NCBI GenBank assembly: GCA_965208835.1
Contig: OZ242358.1
Coordinates: 160,001-224,000 of the forward strand
DNA from: Candidatus Latescibacterota bacterium
GTDB taxonomy: Bacteria > Latescibacterota > UBA2968 > GCA-2709665
DNA: 64,000 nucleotides
Reading direction: 5' to 3'
Below are positions 20,768-29,590 of this stretch, one piece after another. Below the pieces are notes generated by a model that was given only the letters and a program-made list of their open reading frames with translations, searched no databases and had not been told where the DNA came from. Both the position numbers and the translations under genes were made by a program. Positions within the stretch are counted from its first letter, which is position 1; each line of letters begins with the position of its first letter.

Positions 20768-22690
20768 ATGAGCGGACGGAAACACAGACGAATATGGGTT
20801 GGCGCGGCACTGATCGTCCTTCTTGGAACCTGTCTGGTCCTGGACTCGCGGCTCGTCAATGGGGAAGACGGGTACGCCACAGTGGAGAAGAGTATAGACG
20901 AATACATCGAAACGTTGAAACTGCTGACCACGAGTTACTATAAGCCACTGGCGTCCGACTCGCTCACGACTTCAGCCATCGATGGCATGCTGGACGAACT
21001 CGACCCGTATACTCAGATGCTCAACAGACGCGGCCTGGATGACCTTATGATCGATACCCGGGGCAAATTCGGCGGGTTGGGCATCACGATCAGCACCATG
21101 AAGAGGAATGGCGTTGAGGTGCCCGTCGTTCTGAGTGTTATTGAGGGTACGCCTGCCGACACTTCCGGGCTTGTGGTCGGCGACCGGATCGTCGCGGTGG
21201 ACGGAGACCCCACGCTCAACCGGAAACTGGAGGAGGTAGTGGATGTGCTGCGCGGGGAACCTGGCAATCGGGTCGTGATTACGATTGAAAGACCGGGCCG
21301 GTCGCAGACGTTTGACCAGGAGATTGTCAGGGCGCGTATTCGTGTGAAGAGCGTGGCGAGCATCGACGGAATCGAAGACGGCATCGGTTACATAGCGATG
21401 TCCGGTCTGATCGGCAGCCGGTTCTCGGAATCCACGCCCGATGAGCTGAAAGCCGCCGTCGATGAGCTGAAATCGAAAAATACGAGCGGCATTATCCTGG
21501 ACTTGCGGGGGAATCCAGGGGGGCTGCTGGCGCAGGCTGTCGCCGTTGCCGACGTATTTCTTGGCCCCGATCTGCTGGTTGTGACGACGCGGGGCCGCGT
21601 GGATTCACAAAATAAGGAGTACCGCACTGCGAAATCCTCCATGGTTAAGGATATACCCCTCGTGGTTCTGGTCAACGCCCACAGCGCCAGCGCCTCGGAG
21701 ATTGTCGCGGGCGCAATTCAGGACTCGGACCGAGGGTTGATCCTGGGCACACCGACGTTCGGCAAGGGATCCGTTCAATCCTTTCAGCAAGTCAGCGATG
21801 AAAAGGCGCTGAAGTGGACAACGGCCCTTTACTACACCCCCAGCGGGCGCAGTATCCACAAAAACAGGCGGTTCGGACGGCTGGGCAACCTGGCATTGAA
21901 TGTCGGGGACTCACAGGTGCCTCTGTATCAGACGCTTGCGACGATTGCGGGGGAAGAGAGCCGGGAGGACGCGATCACGCGGCTTTTCGAACAGTTCGAT
22001 CTGGAATCCACAAAGCAGGCGGAGCAGCTGTTTGAGATGGAACTGGGGCAGATGGTGGGAATGGCGTTGAGAGAGGACCGTGTCGCCAACGAAGCCTCGG
22101 ACTCGGCCAGGGTCTTTAGGACTGCCGGCGGGCGCACTGTCTACGGCGGAGGTGGTATCACGCCCGACGTGGTGGTGAAGCCGAAGCGCAGACCGAGACT
22201 GATACTCGAAATGTACAGGGCCGGGTTGTTTTTCGACTTTGCCGTAGAATACGCCGCACGGAACGCATTTCCCCGGAACCCGGAGAGCTATGACGTGGGG
22301 GAAAAGGAAATCGCCGCGTTCCGGGCATTTCTCGCGGACTCGTCGAGAATTGGAAATTTCAGGCGTTACCGAACGCCGGCTGAAAACGAACTGGAGAATC
22401 TGAACCGGGCGCTGGCCGACGCGGGCCTGGACGCGGAAGCGGACCGGGCGTTAGACGTCCTGCGGAACGTTGTTGAATCGGAGCGGGAAACGGAATTCGA
22501 AAAGGCGGAACCGTATATCCGGCTGGAGATCGGAAGGGAGCTGGGAAACCGGGTCTGGGGAAAGAAGGGGCGCATTCTGGCCCGGCTGAAAGGCGATGAG
22601 CAGTTTCGCGAGGCCGTTCGAATTCTCAGAGACCCGGAACGGTACAGAGAGAGTATGAAGCTGGCGCTTGCCGGCGATGGCGGGCTTTGA
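20768..22690 (+). CDS. S41 carboxy-terminal processing protease (CtpA/Prc family) with PDZ domain
   Basis: LDPYT, FGGLGI, LDLRGNPGG, SASASEI, TFGKGSVQ, YYTPSGRSI, GITPD; start uncertain (20675-20768; GGAGG precedes 20768). Confidence 0.93.
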   Translation: MSGRKHRRIWVGAALIVLLGTCLVLDSRLVNGEDGYATVEKSIDEYIETLKLLTTSYYKPLASDSLTTSAIDGMLDELDPYTQMLNRRGLDDLMIDTRGKFGGLGITISTMKRNGVEVPVVLSVIEGTPADTSGLVVGDRIVAVDGDPTLNRKLEEVVDVLRGEPGNRVVITIERPGRSQTFDQEIVRARIRVKSVASIDGIEDGIGYIAMSGLIGSRFSESTPDELKAAVDELKSKNTSGIILDLRGNPGGLLAQAVAVADVFLGPDLLVVTTRGRVDSQNKEYRTAKSSMVKDIPLVVLVNAHSASASEIVAGAIQDSDRGLILGTPTFGKGSVQSFQQVSDEKALKWTTALYYTPSGRSIHKNRRFGRLGNLALNVGDSQVPLYQTLATIAGEESREDAITRLFEQFDLESTKQAEQLFEMELGQMVGMALREDRVANEASDSARVFRTAGGRTVYGGGGITPDVVVKPKRRPRLILEMYRAGLFFDFAVEYAARNAFPRNPESYDVGEKEIAAFRAFLADSSRIGNFRRYRTPAENELENLNRALADAGLDAEADRALDVLRNVVESERETEFEKAEPYIRLEIGRELGNRVWGKKGRILARLKGDEQFREAVRILRDPERYRESMKLALAGDGGL

Positions 22691-22720
22691 ATGCGAAACC
22701 ACGAATCGTGGGCGGAGGTC

Positions 22721-23167
22721 ATGGAAGACGCAAACGGTGAACGGGTCGATCTCTACGAACAGGTGCTTGAACACGCACGTCGCGAAATAGATGCCACGGC
22801 CTCCCAGGTCGAGGAGCTGAGACGCGCGCTAGGCTTGCTCGAAGCGCGTGTTGAGGCGGCGAAGGCCGTCTACGAAGCCGCTGCCGCTCGCCTGAATCTG
22901 CAGGATGAATCGGACGGCCAGGGTATTTCTGTTTCGGAATCGCTGTCATCCGTTCAGGCGCTTCTCTCAGCTGACGAATCCACGGCGCCTCCGGGCGGCC
23001 ACCGGAATCACCAGCGGGCCGGGTCGGAGACGCGGCAACAGGACGGGGAGGAGGGCGACACGCCCGGATCCTGGCGGCGATTGCAGATCGGCGGATCCAC
23101 CCTGGTGTGGAAGAGAGTCAGGAAGCCGAAACGGCGGCAGAGCCGGAGCGGGGGCAGGGCTTCCTGA
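22721..23167 (+). CDS. Hypothetical protein: N-terminal coiled coil, disordered basic tail
   Basis: GGAGG before ATG 22721; amphipathic helical N-terminal half. Confidence 0.6.
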   Translation: MEDANGERVDLYEQVLEHARREIDATASQVEELRRALGLLEARVEAAKAVYEAAAARLNLQDESDGQGISVSESLSSVQALLSADESTAPPGGHRNHQRAGSETRQQDGEEGDTPGSWRRLQIGGSTLVWKRVRKPKRRQSRSGGRAS

Positions 23168-23266
23168 ACATTCGCACAACTGTTACTGACCTTGAAAAAC
23201 CACGAAGATTGTCCGCGTCCGAGGTAGATGGGCTGTTCCATTACCACATCAGGTCGGGTAATTGAC

Positions 23267-24715
23267 ATGGGAATCTGTGCAGAGGAAGAAACGATTCAGG
23301 TGACCGACGCGAAAGAGCGAAGCCTCTGTATTGACAGAATGACGCCCGGTGGCGGCCTGTATACCGATGTGCAGCGTACGGTGCATCCCAGGTCCAACAG
23401 CCCATGGCGGGTGTCGCCCGAACCCTTCTGGATGCCGCCTCGGGTGATAGACCATCTGGAACGCCTGGGTGCCCATTTGTACGATTTCTATAAGGCCTGC
23501 AACCTTCTGTATTCTCAGAGTGTCCGGAAGATCCAGCCGGAGTGGGTGGCGGAATACCTGAACCAGGGGAAGCCGGAAACCGTAATCGGATACGGCCGGA
23601 TGAACCGTTTCAAACAGCATCTGCCGCTGGTGATCCGGCCGGACCTGATTCCGACGCCCGGAGGAACGATCGCTTCGGAATTGGACTCGGTGCCGGGGGG
23701 TATCGGGTTCACTGCAAGCCTGGCGGAGCGGTACGGCCGGTTCGGATTTGATATTGTGGGTGGCGCCGATGGTATGGTGAACGGATTCATTGGGATGGTG
23801 CGTTCGGTTGCCGGGATCGGGGAGCCGGTGCTGGGCATTGTGGTTTCAGAGGAATCTTCGGGGTACCGCCCCGAAATGACCTGGCTGGGGGAAGCCCTGG
23901 ATCAGGCGGGACTGGAAACCTACGTTGTGCGTCCGGAAGAGGTTGTTTTCAGCGAAGCCGGACTGTTCGTGAACGGCGCAGGCGGAAGACGGCAGATCGA
24001 CGTGCTCTATCGGTTTTTCGAATTGTTCGACCTGAAAAACATTCCGAAGATGGATCTGATCTTGTATGCCATTCGGAAAGGAACGGTTAAAGCAACGCCA
24101 CCGTTGAAAGCCCAACTGGAAGAGAAAATGCTGATGGCCCTGTTCCACCATCCCCTCTTGCGCTCGTTCTGGCTTCGCGAGCTTGGAGAAGAAGCGGTTG
24201 CGTTCCTCAGGCAGACCTTTCCAAAGACGTGGATTCTGGATCCGCGCCCCCTGCCGCCGCACGCCGTTATTCCCGGGTTGAGCGTGGACGGCCGACATTT
24301 CGGAGACTGGCAGGAACTCGGCTCCCTGGGACAGAAGCATCGCCGCTTTGTGATTAAGCCGTCCGGTTTCTCGGACCAGGCATGGGGCAGCCGCGGCGTA
24401 GCCGTCGGCCACGACATGTCGGAGTCGGACTGGCAGTCCACTATCGAGTCCGCGCTTGCTGACTTTCCCGGGTCGCCCCACATTTTGCAGGAGTTTCACA
24501 CGGGCTCCCGCTTCTCGGTGGCGTACTACGATTTCGAGACGGATCGCATGATGCGCCTCAAGGGGCGCGTGCGCATCCAGCCCTATTATTTCGTAATCGA
24601 GGGCCGGCCTGTCCTGTCGGGCGTGCAGGCCACGGTTTGTCCGCCGGACAAGAAAGTACTGCACGGGATGGTCGATGCGGTGGTGATGCCGGGAGGGGTG
24701 GAGGATCGCCAGTGA
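23267..24715 (+). CDS. ATP-grasp amide ligase-like protein (GSP-synthase/circularly permuted ATP-grasp type)
   Basis: RPDLI...SELDSVPGG, VIKPSG..WGSRGV, ILQEF; start uncertain (23228-23300). Confidence 0.7.
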   Translation: MGICAEEETIQVTDAKERSLCIDRMTPGGGLYTDVQRTVHPRSNSPWRVSPEPFWMPPRVIDHLERLGAHLYDFYKACNLLYSQSVRKIQPEWVAEYLNQGKPETVIGYGRMNRFKQHLPLVIRPDLIPTPGGTIASELDSVPGGIGFTASLAERYGRFGFDIVGGADGMVNGFIGMVRSVAGIGEPVLGIVVSEESSGYRPEMTWLGEALDQAGLETYVVRPEEVVFSEAGLFVNGAGGRRQIDVLYRFFELFDLKNIPKMDLILYAIRKGTVKATPPLKAQLEEKMLMALFHHPLLRSFWLRELGEEAVAFLRQTFPKTWILDPRPLPPHAVIPGLSVDGRHFGDWQELGSLGQKHRRFVIKPSGFSDQAWGSRGVAVGHDMSESDWQSTIESALADFPGSPHILQEFHTGSRFSVAYYDFETDRMMRLKGRVRIQPYYFVIEGRPVLSGVQATVCPPDKKVLHGMVDAVVMPGGVEDRQ

Positions 24716-25590
24716 CGTCGCTAGTGGAACGACATATGAGTGAAGACGACAGGTCGGGCCTTTTGCAGGCCGAAGAGAAACTGCGCCGGCTCGAGGAACT
24801 CCTCGGGCGGATGGGGAGTGTGGTCGTGGCGTACTCCGGGGGCGTGGACAGCACTTTTCTGGCGGCGGCGGCGCACAGGGTGCTGGGTACGAAGGCGCTT
24901 GCGGTGACGGCGGTTTCGGCCAGCTACGCCGCCGGCGAACTCGAGAACGCACGTTCGCTCGCGGACCGGATCGGCATTTCAATGGAAGTGGTGCACACCC
25001 GGGAGATGGAGAATCCGGACTACGTAAAGAACGAGCCCGACCGTTGCTACCATTGCAAGACGGCGCTTGCCGACAAGCTGGATGAAGTCATCGAAAAGTA
25101 TGGGGGACGGTATCGATTTCTGGTTTACGGGGCCATCGCGGACGATGTGGGTGACTTCAGGCCGGGCATGACGGCTGCGCGGGACCGGGGCGTGCGGGCT
25201 CCGATGGTGGAGGTAGGCCTGACAAAGGTGGATATTCGCCTGTTGTCCAGAAACTGGGAATTGCCCACCTGGGATCGCCCGGCGTCGGCCTGCCTGTCGT
25301 CCCGCATTTCCTATGGTACCCCGGTGACCGCGGAAGCGCTGTCGATGGTTGACCGGGCCGAGGCATATCTCAAGACGCTGGGATTCCGCCTGGTCCGGGT
25401 ACGGCACCATGACGACATCGCCCGCATTGAAGTTTCACCTGAGGAGATCGGCCGATTTTTCCTGGACGGACTCGTCGACCGGGTCGTGGCGCACCTGAAG
25501 GAAATCGGATATCGATACGTCACGCTGGACATGCAGGGATACCGTAGCGGGAGTTTGAACGAGACGTTTCTCGACATTCAGCGCAAGTGA
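24712..25590 (+). CDS. larE: LarE-family PP-loop sulfur transferase
   Basis: SGGVDS, DRCYHCK, DFRPG, PASACLSSR, VRVRHH, GYRSGS; GTGA overlap with the upstream stop. Confidence 0.9.
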   Translation: MTSLVERHMSEDDRSGLLQAEEKLRRLEELLGRMGSVVVAYSGGVDSTFLAAAAHRVLGTKALAVTAVSASYAAGELENARSLADRIGISMEVVHTREMENPDYVKNEPDRCYHCKTALADKLDEVIEKYGGRYRFLVYGAIADDVGDFRPGMTAARDRGVRAPMVEVGLTKVDIRLLSRNWELPTWDRPASACLSSRISYGTPVTAEALSMVDRAEAYLKTLGFRLVRVRHHDDIARIEVSPEEIGRFFLDGLVDRVVAHLKEIGYRYVTLDMQGYRSGSLNETFLDIQRK

Positions 25591-25599
25591 ACATCGGCG

Positions 25600-25860
25600 C
25601 TCAGGGTTGACCTCAATTCTAAAAAAGACTACAGTCAAATTGGCCGCGAAAAGCCTGAATGCGGGTAGAGGGTAGAAGGAAGACGGTAGACCAAAAGCGG
25701 TGAGACGGGAGCCGGTAGACGGTAGAAGAAATACTCGCCCGCTTTTAATGTTCCTTCTTGCCTCCGGCACGAATGGAAACCTCACAAGGCAGGCAATCTC
25801 TACCCTCTCCCGTCTTACGTCTCACCCGGTGGCAGGGCGGCCGGGGGGAGAGGTCTCGAA
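25600..25860. repeat. Dispersed heptamer-armed hairpin element, copy 1
   Basis: Reverse complement aligns with 42093-42313; GGGTAGA/CGGTAGA heptamers face TCTACCC/TCTCCCG. Confidence 0.85.
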
Positions 25861-25987
25861 CGCGTCCAGCGACCTGGTGTATCTTGGTAATCCGCCTTCT
25901 AATCGCCTTTATTAACTGGCACATATTCGAATTAACGTCCACGAGAATTTACGAATCAAGGTTGAAGGCTCATACGGGATCTGAACA

Positions 25988-26560
25988 GTGGCACTCCTCG
26001 AAATAAAGAAATTCGGCTGCCCGACACTCAGAAGGAGGGCGCGGCGAGTTGAAGCGATTACGGAAGATTTGCGCACCCTCGTGGACGATATGTTCGAGAC
26101 AATGTACGCTGCGGAGGGGATAGGGCTGGCGGCGCCCCAGGTTGGCGTAAGTCTGTGTGTGGTGGTACTGGACGTCAGCCCCGGCGATCCGGAGGCCGAG
26201 GCAACGGTTTTAATCAACCCGGAGCTGAGCCAGGGTGAGGGCGAGGTCGTTGGAGAGGAGGGGTGCCTGAGCCTGCCGGGCGTTGTGGGAGACGTCAAAC
26301 GCCGGGCGCAGGTCCGGGTCGACGCCCTGGACAGGGACGGAAACGCCTTCAGCGCGGTGATGTCGGATATTTCGGCCCGCGCTGTTCAGCACGAGGTCGA
26401 CCACCTGAACGGCGTTCTGGTGACGGATCATTTCAGCGCAATCAAACGGAACCTCCTGCGCAGCCAACTCATTGCGCTGAAACGCGAAGGCAGCCGCCAG
26501 AGGCGTGGGCTGATCCATGTGGATCCGGTCCCCGCGGACAGTTCGAAAGCCCCCACGTGA
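25988..26560 (+). CDS. def: Peptide deformylase
   Basis: GIGLAAPQ, EGCLS, QHEVDHLNG. Confidence 0.97.
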   Translation: MALLEIKKFGCPTLRRRARRVEAITEDLRTLVDDMFETMYAAEGIGLAAPQVGVSLCVVVLDVSPGDPEAEATVLINPELSQGEGEVVGEEGCLSLPGVVGDVKRRAQVRVDALDRDGNAFSAVMSDISARAVQHEVDHLNGVLVTDHFSAIKRNLLRSQLIALKREGSRQRRGLIHVDPVPADSSKAPT

Positions 26561-27387
26561 ACCAGCGCATTGATCTGCATCTGCACTCGACTTGCTCCGA
26601 CGGGACATCCACGCCCAGGGTAGTCGTTCGCCGGGCCGCGGAAGCCGGACTCAGCGTAATCAGCCTGACGGATCACGACTCGACCGAGGGTGTTGCGGAG
26701 GCGCAGGACGAAGGCACCCGGCTGGGTGTCGAAGTGGTGCCGGGAACCGAGCTGAGCGCAAGGAACGACGGCACCGACTTGCATATTCTGGGGTACTTCA
26801 TCGACCCGGATCACCCGGATCTGATCTCGTGGCTCGACACGTTTCGACAGGCCAGGTTGCAGCGGGCGGAACGAATGGTGGGCAAGCTGAATCGCATGGG
26901 GTTGCGCGTGCCCCTCGAGCAGGTTCTGGCCAGGGCGGGACCCGGCGCGATAGGACGACCGCATATTGCCGATGTGATGGTGGAAGAAGGCCTGGTTTAT
27001 TCGGTCGACGAAGCGTTCCATAAATACCTTGGGTATTCGAAGCCGGCGTATGTTGCCAAATACTCGCAGTCGCCCGCCCGGGCCATCCAGGTGATCAGGG
27101 CCGCCGGCGGGCTGGCGTGCCTCGCCCACCCCGGGTTGTATCGGCGGGACGACCTGATTCCGGACATGGTATCCGCCGGGCTGGACGGTATCGAGGTGCG
27201 GCACACCAAGCACAATGCCTCGCAGGTTGCCAGATACTCGAATATTGCAGCGGAGAACAACCTCCTGCGCACCGGAGGCTCCGATTGCCATGGCGACGGC
27301 AGGGGGAATCCGATAATCGGAACCGTGGATGTGCCGATGTCCTACGTGGAAGCGATGAGGGAACGCCTGAAATCTGGAGGAAACTAG
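26557..27387 (+). CDS. PHP-family phosphoesterase (YciV/TrpH-like)
   Basis: DLHLHSTCSDG, LTDHD, HILGY, GRPHIA, LAHP, GGSDCHG; GTG overlaps the def stop. Confidence 0.92.
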   Translation: MNQRIDLHLHSTCSDGTSTPRVVVRRAAEAGLSVISLTDHDSTEGVAEAQDEGTRLGVEVVPGTELSARNDGTDLHILGYFIDPDHPDLISWLDTFRQARLQRAERMVGKLNRMGLRVPLEQVLARAGPGAIGRPHIADVMVEEGLVYSVDEAFHKYLGYSKPAYVAKYSQSPARAIQVIRAAGGLACLAHPGLYRRDDLIPDMVSAGLDGIEVRHTKHNASQVARYSNIAAENNLLRTGGSDCHGDGRGNPIIGTVDVPMSYVEAMRERLKSGGN

Positions 27388-27552
27388 TGTTCTGTCCCGA
27401 AAATTCCTCACCATTCGACCGCCGATTCATCCTGTCTCGCTGCGTTCCCCTCGCTCGCCGATCTTCCGCAGGTCGCCTGCGCTCGGGCGTCTTGCGAGCC
27501 AGGCGACTCGACGGTCAAATTTAGGCAACTTATTTCCGGGACAGAACACTGG
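27384..27552. mobile_element. Complete MITE with imperfect TIRs
   Basis: CTAGTGTTCTGTCCCGAAAAT ... ATTTCCGGGACAGAACACTGG; partial copies at ~2.0 and 15.1 kb. Confidence 0.8.
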
Positions 27553-27639
27553 GTTTGCTTTGCGGCGACCCGGGCAGTGCGTTCGCCTGGTGCAAACGTC
27601 GCCGGAATCACGACGACTGAGTCTGGATGGTGCAATCCG

Positions 27640-28620
27640 ATGCTGCCGGACAGGGCTTTTTTTGACGAAAACCGGGCCGATCTCTACTTTTCAAACACTC
27701 GCGAGGTGCTGTCGCGGGAGGGGATCGATCCGGTTGTTACGATGGAGGTGTTTCCCAACGGGCACGGTACGCTTTGCGGCATGACCGAGGTGCTCGAGAA
27801 TCTTGCTGAAGTCTTGCCCGTGGATGCGTCCGTCCTGGCGCTGGGCGAGGGTCAGCCCATGTCACGAAAGGAAGTCGTACTCCGTATAAAGGCGCGTTAC
27901 AGCAGCTTTGGCGTCTATGAGACCGCCTATCTCGGCACGCTTGCCCAGAAGAGCGGCTGGGCGACGGCGGCGCGGGCCTGCGTGGAGGCAGCGGCGGGTA
28001 CTCCGGTGATCAGCTTCGGCGCACGGCACGTCCATCCGGCGATTTCGGATCAGATGGAATATTCCGCACTGGTCGGCGGGTGTTCCGGTTGCGCCACACC
28101 GGCGGGGGCGCGGTTGGCGGGCCACGAGCCCACGGGCACCATGCCTCATGCGCTGATGTTGATCATGGGTGACACGCTGACGGCGGCCCGGGCCTTCGAC
28201 CGACACATGCCGGAATCGATCCGGCGCATCGTGCTGGTGGATACGTTTATGGACGAGATGGAGGAGAGTGTGCGGTTGGCCCGGAAGATGGGTGGACGGC
28301 TGCTGGGCGTGCGCCTGGACACACCCTCTGAGCTGGGCGGCGTGACGCCCGATCTCGTGAGTCGGGTTCGAAGCGGGCTGGATCGCGCGGGGCATCGGGA
28401 GGTGAAGATCTACGTGAGCGGCGGAATGACGCCGGAGCGCATCCGGGAGTTCGTGGCGAAAGGTTCCGCGGTGGACGGGTTCGGTGTGGGCAGCGCAATC
28501 AGCGGCGCCTCCCCCATCGATTTTACGTCCGATATCAAGGCCGTCGGAAGGCGGTCGGTGGCGAAGCGGGGCCGTAAGCCGGGGTTGACGGAGAATACCA
28601 GGCTCAGAAGCGTGCATTGA
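27640..28620 (+). CDS. pncB: Nicotinate phosphoribosyltransferase (short type)
   Basis: DLYF, SFGARHVHP, GTMPHAL, LVDT, VRLDTP, VSGG, GFGVG, AKRGRKPG. Confidence 0.85.
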   Translation: MLPDRAFFDENRADLYFSNTREVLSREGIDPVVTMEVFPNGHGTLCGMTEVLENLAEVLPVDASVLALGEGQPMSRKEVVLRIKARYSSFGVYETAYLGTLAQKSGWATAARACVEAAAGTPVISFGARHVHPAISDQMEYSALVGGCSGCATPAGARLAGHEPTGTMPHALMLIMGDTLTAARAFDRHMPESIRRIVLVDTFMDEMEESVRLARKMGGRLLGVRLDTPSELGGVTPDLVSRVRSGLDRAGHREVKIYVSGGMTPERIREFVAKGSAVDGFGVGSAISGASPIDFTSDIKAVGRRSVAKRGRKPGLTENTRLRSVH

Positions 28621-28656
28621 CGAAACAACCCCCCCGCCGGCGGTATCTCCGACATG

Positions 28657-28728
28657 AGAAGCTGTTCTAAAATTCCTGGTGAGGCCCGAGCGCGCGCGAA
28701 GACCGCTGGGGGCTTTGAGACAGCTTCT
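28657..28728. mobile_element. Short MITE-like remnant
   Basis: AGAAGCTGTTCTAAAA ... TTTGAGACAGCTTCT imperfect inverted ends just before moaD. Confidence 0.5.
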
Positions 28729-28748
28729 ACAAGGTGTGGAGAAGGAAT

Positions 28749-29051
28749 ATGGAGGTCAAGGTCCTGTTTTTTGCGTCGTGCAGGGATCTGGTCGGGACGC
28801 CGGAGACGTCTGTTTCGCTGCCCGAGCGGGCCAGCGTCGCCGACCTGCTGGCGCGGTTGGCGGAGGAGCATCCCCGGTTGCAGGAAATGGAAGGCAGCCT
28901 GATGGTATCGGTCAACCAGGCGTACGTGGATCGGACCCAACGGCTCAGTGACGGGGACGAGGTGGCGTTTATCCCGCCGGTAAGCGGGGGAGCGGCGACC
29001 GACGGCATCGCAGGAGACGGGTCAGGGGAAGGAAGAACCCATGTCCGGTGA
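28749..29051 (+). CDS. moaD: Molybdopterin synthase sulfur carrier MoaD with C-terminal extension
   Basis: MEVKVLFFA, SVNQAY, GDEVAFIPPVSGG followed by 19 extra residues. Confidence 0.9.
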   Translation: MEVKVLFFASCRDLVGTPETSVSLPERASVADLLARLAEEHPRLQEMEGSLMVSVNQAYVDRTQRLSDGDEVAFIPPVSGGAATDGIAGDGSGEGRTHVR

Positions 29052-29493
29052 TCTGTACCGCATTCAGGAAGGACCCATTTTGGCCGACGCGCTGCACGAC
29101 GCCGTGCTGAGAGATTCGGATGGCGCGGTGGCGACCTTCGCGGGGGTGGTGCGAGACCATTCAATGGGGCGGCGGACCAGCTATCTGGTGTACGATGCCT
29201 ACAGGGAAATGGCGGAAAAGAAAATGGAGGAGATCGGCCGGGAGGTGAAGGCGAAGTGGGAGGTGGACCGGGTGGGCATGCTGCATCGGGTGGGGCGATT
29301 GGAGATCGGAGAGACCAGCGTGCTGATTGCGATATCCGCTCCGCACCGCAAGGCGGCCCTGGAGGCCTGTCATTACGCGATCGACCGGCTGAAGGAAACC
29401 GTGCCTATTTGGAAAAAGGAGGTATGGACGGACGGCGAAGAATGGATTGAAGGCGATCCGTCGGCCTCAGGAAACACAGCGGTCAAAGGATAA
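29041..29493 (+). CDS. moaE: Molybdopterin synthase catalytic subunit
   Basis: GAVATFAGVVR, HRVGRL, SAPHR, IDRLKETVPIWKKE. Confidence 0.96.
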   Translation: MSGDLYRIQEGPILADALHDAVLRDSDGAVATFAGVVRDHSMGRRTSYLVYDAYREMAEKKMEEIGREVKAKWEVDRVGMLHRVGRLEIGETSVLIAISAPHRKAALEACHYAIDRLKETVPIWKKEVWTDGEEWIEGDPSASGNTAVKG

Positions 29494-29560
29494 CAGTCAG
29501 CGATCGGCAGCAAGCAAAAGGCGAAGACCAACTCACACGAAGACACAAAGCCACAAAGGA
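29494..29560. repeat. Short imperfect 7-9-mer repeat tract
   Basis: CAGTCAG CGATCGG CAGCAAG..., then CACGAAGACACAAAGCCACAAAG. Confidence 0.45.
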
Positions 29561-29590
29561 AAATGAGATCAGAAAACGAAACTGAGTGGA

